Shown here in pieces: positions 46,874-55,862 of a DNA stretch of 64,000 nt. Location: contig CAWHYM010000028.1 in NCBI GenBank assembly GCA_963833595.1, positions 3,938 through 67,937 on the forward strand, in the 5' to 3' direction. The stretch comes from an uncultured Acidobacteriota bacterium. GTDB taxonomy: Bacteria > Acidobacteriota > Terriglobia > Acidiferrales > UBA7541. The position numbers and the translations under genes were made by a program. Positions within the stretch are counted from its first letter, which is position 1; each line of letters starts with the position of its first letter. The notes under the pieces were generated by a model that saw nothing but the letters and a program-made list of their open reading frames with translations, was not told where the DNA came from and did not search any database.

Positions 46874-47059
46874 GTCCCGTCAGGGACGAAATAACGTAGC
46901 CCACTGCGCGAGCGGTGGGGACGTGTGAGGGCAGAGAGCCTAAGCCCCGTAGGGGCGGCACAAGGTTGACCCTGTGCCGCCCCCTACGGGGCTGTAAAAT
47001 AACGCGCTCCGTGCCCCACCGTTTCCACGGTGGGCTACGTTGTGACGTCCCTCCAGGAC
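46874..47059. repeat. family-A composite palindromic element, copy 3
   Basis: Same arm and central-hairpin layout as the other copies. The central hairpin 46944-46992 is perfectly paired and carries a compensatory change relative to copy 2. Confidence 0.85.
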
Positions 47060-47208
47060 TTCGAGCAACACAACAGCAGGACGCTGCATATGAACAGGGT
47101 TCAAAATTATCTTTGGGACAGACTCTTGACTATCAACACTCGACTTTTCTCCCGTCGTGATCGCTATCGGATTCACATATAATCGCGGCTCAAATCGAGG
47201 GAGAAGAA

Positions 47209-48318
47209 ATGACGACGTTTGCGACACCTGATGGCACCAAGAAATACGCCGCGCGATTTGCCGGGTGCGCCGCCGAAGGGCACTTTCGCGAGCAGCAGGG
47301 CCTGTGGCTCTCCTCGCTCGGGATCGGCACGTATCTCGGAGAGGCCGACTCGCGCACCGACCAGGCCTACACGGACGCGATTGTGGAGGCTGTCGAATCC
47401 GGCGTGAACGTGATCGACTCCGCGATCAACTACCGTTTTCAGCGCTCGGAGCGTTCCGTGGGCGCGGCGCTTGCGGAACTCGCGCGCCGCGGCTATGCGC
47501 GCGAGGAACTCGTGATTTGCACGAAGGGCGGATTCCTCACGCCGGACGGCGACCTGCCCGCCGACGCCGGAGAATATTTCAATCGCGAGTACGTGGAAAC
47601 CGGAATTTTGCGCGAAGGCGACGTCGCCGCCGGATGCCATTCGATGGCGCCGAAATTTATTGCCGATCAGCTCGAACGCAGCCGCCGCAATCTGGGCGTC
47701 GAAACGATTGACGTGTATTACCTTCACAATCCGGAAACGCAATTGGGCGAGGTGCCGCGCGAGATGTTCAACACACGCCTGCGCGGCGCGTTTGAATTTC
47801 TCGAATCCGCCGTGGCCGCGGCGAAAATTCATTTCTACGGGTTGGCCACCTGGAATGCGTTTCGCCAGGGCGAAGACGCCCAGGATTATTTTTCTCTCGC
47901 CGCAATGGAATCGATTGCGCGGGACGTGGCCGGAGGATCGCACCATTTCCGATTCGTGCAGTTGCCATGCAACCTGGGGATGACCGAAGCCCTGACGCGC
48001 GCCAATCAGCCGCTCGATGGCGCCCGCGTGCCGATCGTCGGAGCCGCGTCCAAGCTCGGCATCACGCTCGTGGCGAGCGCCTCAATGCTCCAGGGGCAAC
48101 TCTCGCGCGGCCTGCCGCCGTTCGTGACGAATGCGCTGGGAATGAAATCCGACGCCGAGCGCGCCATGCAATTTGTCCGCTCGACGCCGGGAATCACGAC
48201 CGCTCTCGTGGGCATGAGCCGCGTCGAGCACGTGCGCGCGAATCTTTCCATCGTCGGCGTCGCCCCGGCCACGCAAGATCAATTTGGCAGATTGTTTCAG
48301 CGCGGGGAGAAAGCGTAA
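47209..48318 (+). CDS. aldo/keto reductase family oxidoreductase
   Basis: 369-aa ORF with AKR-like blocks (IDSAINYR, DVYYLHNPE). Confidence 0.8.
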   Translation: MTTFATPDGTKKYAARFAGCAAEGHFREQQGLWLSSLGIGTYLGEADSRTDQAYTDAIVEAVESGVNVIDSAINYRFQRSERSVGAALAELARRGYAREELVICTKGGFLTPDGDLPADAGEYFNREYVETGILREGDVAAGCHSMAPKFIADQLERSRRNLGVETIDVYYLHNPETQLGEVPREMFNTRLRGAFEFLESAVAAAKIHFYGLATWNAFRQGEDAQDYFSLAAMESIARDVAGGSHHFRFVQLPCNLGMTEALTRANQPLDGARVPIVGAASKLGITLVASASMLQGQLSRGLPPFVTNALGMKSDAERAMQFVRSTPGITTALVGMSRVEHVRANLSIVGVAPATQDQFGRLFQRGEKA

Positions 48319-48408
48319 ATCGGTTTTCGCACACGATAGAAAATTGATTTTTGTTGTTTGAGGCTGGCTTGCCTCGAGAAATCTCGATGCAACGGGTGGT
48401 GGGTTTTG

Positions 48409-48481
48409 GAAGCACAGACTTCAGTCTGTGGGGTTTGGGAAACTCGTCAAAACTAAAATCCCAGGCTGAAGCCTGTGCTAC
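48409..48481. repeat. family-B hairpin-pair element
   Basis: AGCACAGACTTCAGTCTGTGGGGTTT ... AAATCCCAGGCTGAAGCCTGTGCTAC. It abuts the CBS stop codon (48482-48484), between convergent genes. Confidence 0.8.
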
Positions 48482-49870
48482 TTACCGCTTCTGCTCCATC
48501 AATCCCGCGATGGTGCCCATGACGTCATACTTGGTAATGATTTCGAGGCGGCCGTTGCTCATCTGCACAAACACGGCGGGCTCTTCGTGGCTTAGCAGAT
48601 ACGTGAGCCGTTCGACCGGAGCTTCGCAAGACACCGTCGGCAGGGGATCGGTCATCACTTCACGGATTACCATCTTCCGCAGGTCTTTGCCCTGCAGCGC
48701 GAGATTCAGGATCTGGTCTTCGTAAATCGCGCCGACCGGCTGCTTCGCTTCAAACACGGGCAATTGCGAGATGTCCTGCGTCTGCATCGTGTGCAGCGCG
48801 TGGAACACGGTCTGGTCGGGCCCTACGACAATCAAGTCGCGGTCTTTGGCGACCTTGTGCTTCGCGTTGACAACGTCTTCGACGGTGAGCAGCACTTCCG
48901 AATCAACATAGCCGCGCTCGCGCATCCATTCGTCGCTGTACACTTTGCTGAGGTAACGCATCCCGGTGTCGGGCAGAAACGCGACAACGAACGAGCCCTT
49001 TGGCAGCCCCTTTGCCACGCGCAGCGCTCCCGAAACGCAGCCGCCGCCCGAGCCGCCGGTAAAAATTCCTTCCTGCTTTACGAGCCGCCGCGCCCAGACG
49101 AAACATTCCTGGTCATTCACCTGGACGATGTCGTCGACAATTTTGAAATCCATTGTGGCTGGGAAAATGTCTTCGCCGATGCCTTCGACGACGTACGTTT
49201 TGGCCTTGCCCACTTTCCCCGTTTTGACGTACTCGTAATACAGCGAACCGATCGGATCGACGCCGATAATTTTTACGTTGGGATTTTTTTCCTTCAGGTA
49301 GCGGCCCACGCCGCTGATCGTGCCGCCGGTCCCCATGCCGCATACGAAATGCGTGATCTTTCCGGCGGAGTCTTCCCAGAGTTCCGGGCCGGTCGTCTGG
49401 TAGTGCGCCTCGGGGTTCATCGGATTTTCGTACTGGTTGGGGTAAAAAGAATTCGGAATGTCCTTGGCAAGTTTTTTCGCCACGGAGTAGTAGCTGCGCG
49501 GATCGTCGGGCTCGACTGCCGTCGGGCAGACGATGACTTCCGCGCCCAGCGCCTTGAGCAGGTCCACTTTTTCCTTCGACTGCTTGTCCGTGATGGTGAA
49601 CACCAGCTTGTAGCCGCGCACCGCGCCCACGAGCGCGAGGCCGATCCCGGTATTGCCCGAGGTTCCCTCGATAATTGTGCCGCCGGGCTTCAGCAGGCCT
49701 TTGCGTTCGGCATCGTCGATCATGAAGATCCCGATGCGGTCCTTCACCGAGCCGCCCGGGTTCATATAATCGACCTTAACGTACACGTCCGCGTCTAATC
49801 CGGCGGTCAGCCGATTCAGCCGCACGAGCGGCGTGTGTCCAATAGCTTCGAGGATGTTGTTGCAGCGCAA
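48482..49870 (-). CDS. cystathionine beta-synthase (PLP domain + tandem CBS domains)
   Basis: 462-aa ORF: GHTPLVRLNRL, GGSVKDR, EGTSGNTG, then a C-terminal CBS pair. Confidence 0.9.
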   Translation of the reverse strand: MRCNNILEAIGHTPLVRLNRLTAGLDADVYVKVDYMNPGGSVKDRIGIFMIDDAERKGLLKPGGTIIEGTSGNTGIGLALVGAVRGYKLVFTITDKQSKEKVDLLKALGAEVIVCPTAVEPDDPRSYYSVAKKLAKDIPNSFYPNQYENPMNPEAHYQTTGPELWEDSAGKITHFVCGMGTGGTISGVGRYLKEKNPNVKIIGVDPIGSLYYEYVKTGKVGKAKTYVVEGIGEDIFPATMDFKIVDDIVQVNDQECFVWARRLVKQEGIFTGGSGGGCVSGALRVAKGLPKGSFVVAFLPDTGMRYLSKVYSDEWMRERGYVDSEVLLTVEDVVNAKHKVAKDRDLIVVGPDQTVFHALHTMQTQDISQLPVFEAKQPVGAIYEDQILNLALQGKDLRKMVIREVMTDPLPTVSCEAPVERLTYLLSHEEPAVFVQMSNGRLEIITKYDVMGTIAGLMEQKR

Positions 49871-49911
49871 CGTGCGGCTCCTTATTATGTGACCAGAAAC
49901 TACTCAAAATC

Positions 49912-50130
49912 CTTTAACACAGAGAACACAGCGGGGACGGAGAAACCCAATTTTTCTTCTCCTGTCCAGTGTGTCCCTCGCAAAGCTAATTTGCGATTTC
50001 TTTGCGTGGCGCGACGAATCTTGACTCGCTTTGTAGGGCCGGGCTTCAGCCCGGCCGTAACGATCCGTACTAAAAACGGCTTTAGCCGCTGAAGCTGCCT
50101 TTGTTTGCGGCTGGCCGCGCTGTGTTAAAG
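49912..50130. repeat. inverted-repeat-bounded element related to family D, with internal GGCTNNAGCC hairpins
   Basis: Termini CTTTAACACAGAGAACACAGCGG (49912-49934) and CCGCGCTGTGTTAAAG (50115-50130). Internal hairpin GGCCGGGCTTCAGCCCGGCC (50037-50056). Confidence 0.6.
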
Positions 50131-50233
50131 CCTTCGCCAAGCTTACGGGGATTTGAGAGGCGTTGTCCAGTTTCTCAGCGCATGCATGTTCGTGGCAGAA
50201 TAGTGCGCATTTCAGTCAGGAGATAAGACGGCC

Positions 50234-50671
50234 ATGAAACGAACGAATATTTCGACGGGAACGAAATACGAGCCGATTATAGGATATTCGCGCGCAGTGC
50301 GAGTGGGTGATACGGTGCATGTTTCGGGCACGACGGCGACGGGCGCGGACGGGAACCTCGTGGGCGTGGGCGACGCCTACGCGCAGACAGTGCAAACGCT
50401 GCGCAACATCGAATCCGCGCTGCACAAGGCCGGAGCGCGCCTGGAAGACGTGGTGCGCACGCGCATGTTCGTCGCGAACATCGCGGAGTGGGAGAAAATC
50501 GGCCGCGCCCACGGAGAATTTTTCGGCAAGATCCGCCCCGCGACGGCGATGGTGCAGGTCGGTGGCATGGTGTCGCCCGAGATGCTGGTGGAAATCGAAG
50601 CCGAAGCCATCGTGACATTCCGCGCGCCGAAAAAGCCGCGCGCCGCAAAATCGAAGCGCCGGAAAAAATAA
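50234..50671 (+). CDS. RidA/YjgF-family protein
   Basis: 145-aa ORF: [16 protein letters not shown]...[14 protein letters not shown]...VVRTRMFV...MVEIEAEA. Confidence 0.85.
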   Translation: MKRTNISTGTKYEPIIGYSRAVRVGDTVHVSGTTATGADGNLVGVGDAYAQTVQTLRNIESALHKAGARLEDVVRTRMFVANIAEWEKIGRAHGEFFGKIRPATAMVQVGGMVSPEMLVEIEAEAIVTFRAPKKPRAAKSKRRKK

Positions 50672-50700
50672 TTGGCGCACCGGGAAACGCCAGGGGGGTA

Positions 50701-50772
50701 GTAGCACAGGCTTCAGCCTGTGGGGTTTCGTCTTTGGAAGGACTAACCCCCACAGGCTGAAGCCTGTGCTAC
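50701..50772. repeat. family-B hairpin-pair element (canonical copy)
   Basis: GTAGCACAGGCTTCAGCCTGTGGGGTTT-N18-AACCCCCACAGGCTGAAGCCTGTGCTAC, between convergent genes. Confidence 0.85.
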
Positions 50773-50794
50773 TAAACCCAAGTCTCAATCCGGA

Positions 50795-52294
50795 CTAATA
50801 CTTCACGCGAACGCGATACTTCAACACCGACGTGCCGTCCTTATCGACCGGCACATCGAACTGCGCGGCGAATGCAGCAGTCTTCGTAAATTTGTACGTC
50901 GAGCTGACCATCTCCCAATCGCCACCGATCGGTTCGTTCACTTCAACGGAGATGGGCGCGTCCTTGTGGTTGCGCAACGTGATCTCGTACTCGAATTCAT
51001 ACAGCCGGTCGGAAAGTTTCTTGTAGTCCGTCTGTTTGCGCTCGGCCACGATGTCGAATGCGTTGCCGATGTGCAGGCTAATCTCTTCGTCCTTCGGCGT
51101 GTGGTCGATGTGATCTTCGCCGGCAAAAAGCGATCCGCCGCGCGAGTCCTCCTGATATACGCGAATGGTTCCCGCGGGCAGCGGCATCCCCAGACCGGAT
51201 TTCTCTTCGTTCTTGAATTTGTAGAAGACCTGCACGGGATCTTTCACGGGCGCGCCGGGCTGCGCCACCGTGCGGTAGTAGTAGGACTGGCCGTTCACCA
51301 CGTACACTTTCCGCAACGGAAAATGCGAAGCGTTGAGCAAGCTGATCTGTTTCGATTCTTGATCGAAGATCGATGTCCGGCGATTCAGCGAATAAAGATG
51401 ATATTCGGAGAACGATTCCTGCTGGAACGGGGCGGGAGCATTTGCCGCTCCTGATATCGACTTCATTGCCCTCACTTCATCCATGGCATATTGGGCGACG
51501 ACCCGGTGAATATCGCCCGCCACTAATTGCAGCGAGGCATTCTTGAACGCGGTCCCGCTGTGATTGACGAGAGTGACCCATCCGTCAAGATCGCCGCTCG
51601 ATTCGTCCTTCGCGACGTTCAGCACATAGTCCGCGCTCCAGGAAAGATTCGACGTGAGGTACGACGCTTCCACTCGATGGCGCCTCGCGCCCAAATTCTG
51701 GAGCGTCCACAGAAGCGTGGGCCGCTCGTAGAGATTCTCGGGTAATTCAGGGAAGCGGATGCTTTCGTAGGAGACTCCGGTGACGATTTCATTGCCGATC
51801 TTCCACACGGGCGCGCCATTCAAGGAGAGAAGCGTCGCCTTCACTTCCTCGTATTCCGTCGTGCCGCTGGCCAATTTTGGGCGCACCAGAGTGATTTCGC
51901 GTCCCACGAATTTCTGCAGCAGCTTGTTCGGGTCGAGCAGATCGTACTCGTAATTCTGCTCGAGCACGTTCAGCTTGGCAGGCTCCGTGAGCGAACGAAA
52001 GTGCACCGTCGCCGGATTGATGGAAGCGGCGATGTCCATGAATCGCAAGAGCGATTCCCCGGACGGCAACGTAAGCTGACGCACGTCGCGCACGAGGGAA
52101 AGATTCGAGTTGTAGACGGTGAGCGCAAGGTCGGTTTGATCCGCAAGCGTGGTTGTAATGTTCCCGTCGGCAGCCTGTGCGGGAGCCTGGCTTGCGGAGT
52201 TTGCAGATACCGAGCGGTACAAGAATGGCAGCACGACCAGCAGCGCTGCGAGTCCGGCGGCGGATAGAAATCTCGATAATGTGGCGTTTCTCAT
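50795..52294 (-). CDS. DUF4139-like exported protein
   Basis: ORF 50795..52330, with the likely ATG at 52294 (GGAG 7 nt upstream). Signal-like helix. TVYNSNLSLVRDVRQLTLPSG...NPATVHFRSL resembles the DUF4140/DUF4139 family. Confidence 0.65.
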   Translation of the reverse strand: MRNATLSRFLSAAGLAALLVVLPFLYRSVSANSASQAPAQAADGNITTTLADQTDLALTVYNSNLSLVRDVRQLTLPSGESLLRFMDIAASINPATVHFRSLTEPAKLNVLEQNYEYDLLDPNKLLQKFVGREITLVRPKLASGTTEYEEVKATLLSLNGAPVWKIGNEIVTGVSYESIRFPELPENLYERPTLLWTLQNLGARRHRVEASYLTSNLSWSADYVLNVAKDESSGDLDGWVTLVNHSGTAFKNASLQLVAGDIHRVVAQYAMDEVRAMKSISGAANAPAPFQQESFSEYHLYSLNRRTSIFDQESKQISLLNASHFPLRKVYVVNGQSYYYRTVAQPGAPVKDPVQVFYKFKNEEKSGLGMPLPAGTIRVYQEDSRGGSLFAGEDHIDHTPKDEEISLHIGNAFDIVAERKQTDYKKLSDRLYEFEYEITLRNHKDAPISVEVNEPIGGDWEMVSSTYKFTKTAAFAAQFDVPVDKDGTSVLKYRVRVKY

Positions 52295-52333
52295 GGCAGT
52301 CTCCGATAAAAGCGTGATTTCATCCTTCACCGC

Positions 52334-53788
52334 TTAGAACGGGACTGCCCAAATTTCTTGCAGGTTTTTTTTATTGCAGATTCCAGGTCTTGCCGTCGTC
52401 CGCCGTGGCAAACTTCCGCCCGTCGCTTGCCGTAATCGTCGCGGACTGGGCATCGCGCGTTGTGATGCCAATCCAATCCGGCAGTTTGGCATCAGCCCCA
52501 GCGGCCTGCGCTGGAGGCGCGACGCGCTCCCAGTGTTCAATCCGTCCAAAGTTCGCGCAATCGCGCCATTGCGGCCCACGAGCCAGCAGACCGTATCCGA
52601 AACTGCCACACCGGCAAGCCAGTCTTGCTGGGATGGGCTTGCTTGTGAAACCCATGTCTTTCCCGCATCGGTAGAACGCTCGATAATCCCACCCTTTCCG
52701 GCGCGCCAGAGGGTCGAGCCAGATGGGGCTTTCAACAAAGAGGAATATTTTTGGATGGAACGAAATACAGCGAACGCTCGTTCATTTCGTGCAGTCGATC
52801 GCGCATCTGGAGAAGTCTTTTGCCCAACCGCACCGCCGGTTGTTGCGCCTATTTCCTCTTGCGCTATGGCCACCTGTTTGTCTCGCGACTGCGCGTTGCC
52901 GATAGCACTCGCACTTGTTTCGACCTGCGCATTCGACGCAGCGTTAGCCGCTGATTGAGGGGCAACTGGCGCTTCCATCGCAGCTTGCGATTTCGGGAGC
53001 GGTGGCGGCGGTGGAGGAATTGCCGGGGGCCGGATTTCGCGCCCATCCGGCAGGGCACTCAATTTCTTCTCCTGTTGAAGCGAGCTTGTTGCATCACCCG
53101 CGCTCGGGGAAACTCTGTCCAGGGCGTTGCCGGCATCCGAGCGGCCTTTTGCCAGTCCTTCCACGGGTGAATTGAGTGATTGTGCATTTGCGATGGAACG
53201 ATCAGGCGGAGGCACGGACTCCTTCTTTTGGTCCTGCTGGGGCTCAACTCTCGATAGCCGGTCCACCTCTGCCGGCACCGGGCTCAGAGGCGCTTCTTCC
53301 TTGGGCGCCTGCGCGACCAAAGTTTCCGAAGCGCCTCGATCCGACGCGCGCCAGGGCGGCCGCATCGCGAACCACACAGCCAGAGTGGCGGCTACACCGA
53401 GAGCAGGCGCCAGCCAGCGCGTGCGCCAATCCGCGAGTCTTGGACGAGCGCGCCCGGCAGATCTCCCCGTTATTTCAACCGGGGCGCGAACGGCCGAAAC
53501 AAGTTCTCCGAGCTGAGCGACTTCTTTCTCGGCCAGCGGTGTGTCTACCGATGCAGCGAGCACGCGCAGAATCTTTCTGCACCTCGGGCACGTCGCGAAA
53601 TGGCCTTCCCACTGCATCGATTCGGCCGGCCCGAGCGCCTGCTCAGCGTAGGCCGCGATGACCTCGGCGCCGGGGCACTCCCCCGCTCCGTGGGGATTCA
53701 TCCGGTCGAGCGCTTCGCCCATCCGCCGCGCGAGCGTTTCTTCGCGCCGCCGGATTTTGGATTCATCTCTATCTTTTGAGTCCATCAA
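52334..53788 (-). CDS. anti-sigma factor (zf-HC2 + TM + Pro-rich linker + Asp-box/BNR-like C-terminal domain), apparent frameshift near the 3' end
   Basis: HFATCPRCRKIL zinc motif, TM WLAPALGVAATLAVWFA, Asp-box STDAGKTW. After ~52540 the protein-like reading continues in ORF 52371..52655 (...EHWERV...ADDGKTWNLQ), which ends at 52371. Confidence 0.75.
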   Translation of the reverse strand: MMDSKDRDESKIRRREETLARRMGEALDRMNPHGAGECPGAEVIAAYAEQALGPAESMQWEGHFATCPRCRKILRVLAASVDTPLAEKEVAQLGELVSAVRAPVEITGRSAGRARPRLADWRTRWLAPALGVAATLAVWFAMRPPWRASDRGASETLVAQAPKEEAPLSPVPAEVDRLSRVEPQQDQKKESVPPPDRSIANAQSLNSPVEGLAKGRSDAGNALDRVSPSAGDATSSLQQEKKLSALPDGREIRPPAIPPPPPPLPKSQAAMEAPVAPQSAANAASNAQVETSASAIGNAQSRDKQVAIAQEEIGATTGGAVGQKTSPDARSTARNERAFAVFRSIQKYSSLLKAPSGSTLWRAGKGGIIERSTDAGKTWVSQASPSQQDWLAGVAVSDTVCWLVGRNGAIARTLDGLNTGSASRLQRRPLGLMPNCRIGLASQRAMPSPRRLRQATGGSLPRRTTARPGICNKKNLQEIWAVPF

Positions 53789-53884
53789 AGCTCTTCCTTG
53801 TTTGGAACGGCCCTTATTTAGAACGGTTCGTTACAAAAATCTTGCATCATCTTCTCGCGTGACGCGTTTCGGCCGGCTCGTGCG

Positions 53885-54865
53885 TCATTCTTCCGGCGGG
53901 TCCGCAGCCGGCTCCGATGCGGAAAGCGCCTGCGAAAGGTCAAACGGCCAATCCTCCACTGCGTATTCGAACGCCAGTTCCACTTGCGCCACGTCCAGCG
54001 CCGGTTCCGCTAGGCGGCTGTCGCATGCGGGAATTTCGCGCTGCAGCGCTTGCGTCACGCTCTCGCGCAATGCGCGCCGCATGCGTTCGAGCTGCCGTGA
54101 TACGGTCGACTCATGCTCGCGCAGCAGCCGCCCAATCTCCGCCAGGGTGAGCTGATCCACGTAATAACAGGCCAGAATCATGCGCTCGCGCGGCGTCAAG
54201 CTCGCAAGCGCGGCCGAGAGCGCTCGGTCGAACCGCTCAAGATACCTCTCGCGGTCAGGATCGGGATCTGCGCGGACAGATTCAGCGCGACCGGTGAATT
54301 CGCGCGGCGCTTCTCCTGCCATTTCGGCTTCCAGAGAAACCGTTTTGCCGCTCGTTCGAAACATATCTACCTGTTTCTGGGCGAGCACGGCGCGAAGCCA
54401 CGTGGATAGCTTGCTGCGCCCGTGGAAATATTCGAACAGGGATTTGCGCCTTCCGTCCGCGCCGGAACGAACGCCGTACAGTTCCGCATAGAGGGAATCC
54501 GCCAGTTCCTCGGCGCGCTCGTCATCGGCCCGGCCCGATCCTCGAAGCATTGCGCCCGCGGCATTGCGCAGGTCCTGCCGGAAGTGAGCAATGAAAAATT
54601 CCCAGGCCCTCTCGATCCCTTCGCTGCAAGCGCAAGCGAGCGCCAGATCCTCAAGGTGAAGCGATTTCAGGTAGGCCTCGACCTCGCTCGGATCGGGTTG
54701 CGCGCCGCCAAATCGCTTCTCGGCGCTGCGCCGAAGACCCTCGGCAAAGGCTTCTTGAGGCAATCCCCACCGCGCGCACATTGCTTCCGCGTGCAACACT
54801 CCGTCGAGATGCGCGTAATGCGCCAGGAACTGATCGAGAGACGCGAGAGACGATTCTTTGGGCAT
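53885..54865 (-). CDS. sigma-70 family (ECF-like) RNA polymerase sigma factor with ~130-aa N-terminal extension
   Basis: 326-aa ORF. Region-2-like STWLRAVLAQKQVDMFR and region-4 LTPRERMILACYYVDQLTLAEIGRLLREHESTVSRQLERMR. Lies upstream of the anti-sigma gene. Confidence 0.8.
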   Translation of the reverse strand: MPKESSLASLDQFLAHYAHLDGVLHAEAMCARWGLPQEAFAEGLRRSAEKRFGGAQPDPSEVEAYLKSLHLEDLALACACSEGIERAWEFFIAHFRQDLRNAAGAMLRGSGRADDERAEELADSLYAELYGVRSGADGRRKSLFEYFHGRSKLSTWLRAVLAQKQVDMFRTSGKTVSLEAEMAGEAPREFTGRAESVRADPDPDRERYLERFDRALSAALASLTPRERMILACYYVDQLTLAEIGRLLREHESTVSRQLERMRRALRESVTQALQREIPACDSRLAEPALDVAQVELAFEYAVEDWPFDLSQALSASEPAADPPEE

Positions 54866-55104
54866 GAATTCGGCCGGTTTCAGGTATTTCGATGCATCAT
54901 AGCCGACCCAGGACTACCAGTCCCAAGGGAGACTGAAAAAGATACTTTCTCGTCACCCCATTCTTCCCCGCCCGGTGTAGAATACCGCTTCAACTAGGGG
55001 TTTCAAGCAGACCAGAGTTCCCCCCTCCTGCGGTCTGCGATGGAGAGGATTCTATCTAGCGCGAAGTTCCGCGGAGAACCTCGCGAGACGGTACAGGAGA
55101 TCGT

Positions 55105-55594
55105 ATGAACACACGCCATGCTAAACGGAAGGGTTTCTCCCTTATCGAGCTGTTGATCGTTGTGACGATTATTTTGATCATCGCAGCCATCGCGATTCCG
55201 AACCTGATGCGATCCAAAATTCAGGCAAATGAGACCGCGGCGGTGGGCGCACTCAAGACTCTAACGGAAAGCGCGCTCTTGTATTCGAACAGCTATGGCG
55301 GATTTCCTCACGCCCTTTCCGATATGGGACCGGGGTCGGGCGGGACCGGCAGCTACGTCGGCGTCCGCCGATTTGATTGACTCGGTCCTCGCTGGCGGGG
55401 TCAAGAGCGGTTACAGATTCGCGTATGTGGCCGTGGCGACCGATCCTTCCGGCAATGTGCTCAGCTACACGATTACTGCCACTCCCGTAGTGCCGGGATC
55501 GAGCGGCCAGCGATCTTTCTTCACCGATCAAAGCGGCACGATTCGGAGCACCGCAAACGGCACGGCGGATTCCGGCAGCGCGCCGCTCGGCTGA
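55105..55594 (+). CDS. type IV pilin-like (prepilin N-terminal methylation domain) protein, apparent frameshift
   Basis: Leader MNTRHAKRKG/FSLIELLIVV with Glu at +5. ORF 55105..55380 stops early. The family-typical continuation SADLIDSVLAGGVKSGYRF... is in ORF 55295..55594. Confidence 0.75.
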
Positions 55595-55862
55595 AGCAAC
55601 AGATTTTCCGCGCAGTGCGGCGAGGATCACGGGAAGAAGCCTCCGCGGCTTCCTCCATTTTTTCCGCCAGGAAAATTTAATCGCTCGATCCGGTTTGACT
55701 GAAAACTGAGGCCACCCTTTCCATCTTCCGCGCGCGGTTGGCGGCGATAGTTACGGCCTCGAATTGACTCGCGCCCGCGCGTTTCGTTACGATGAATCGC
55801 GATGACCCGCGCGCGGGACCGCCGAACACATCCAAGGGCAGCTCTCGAACTTCCACATTAAT

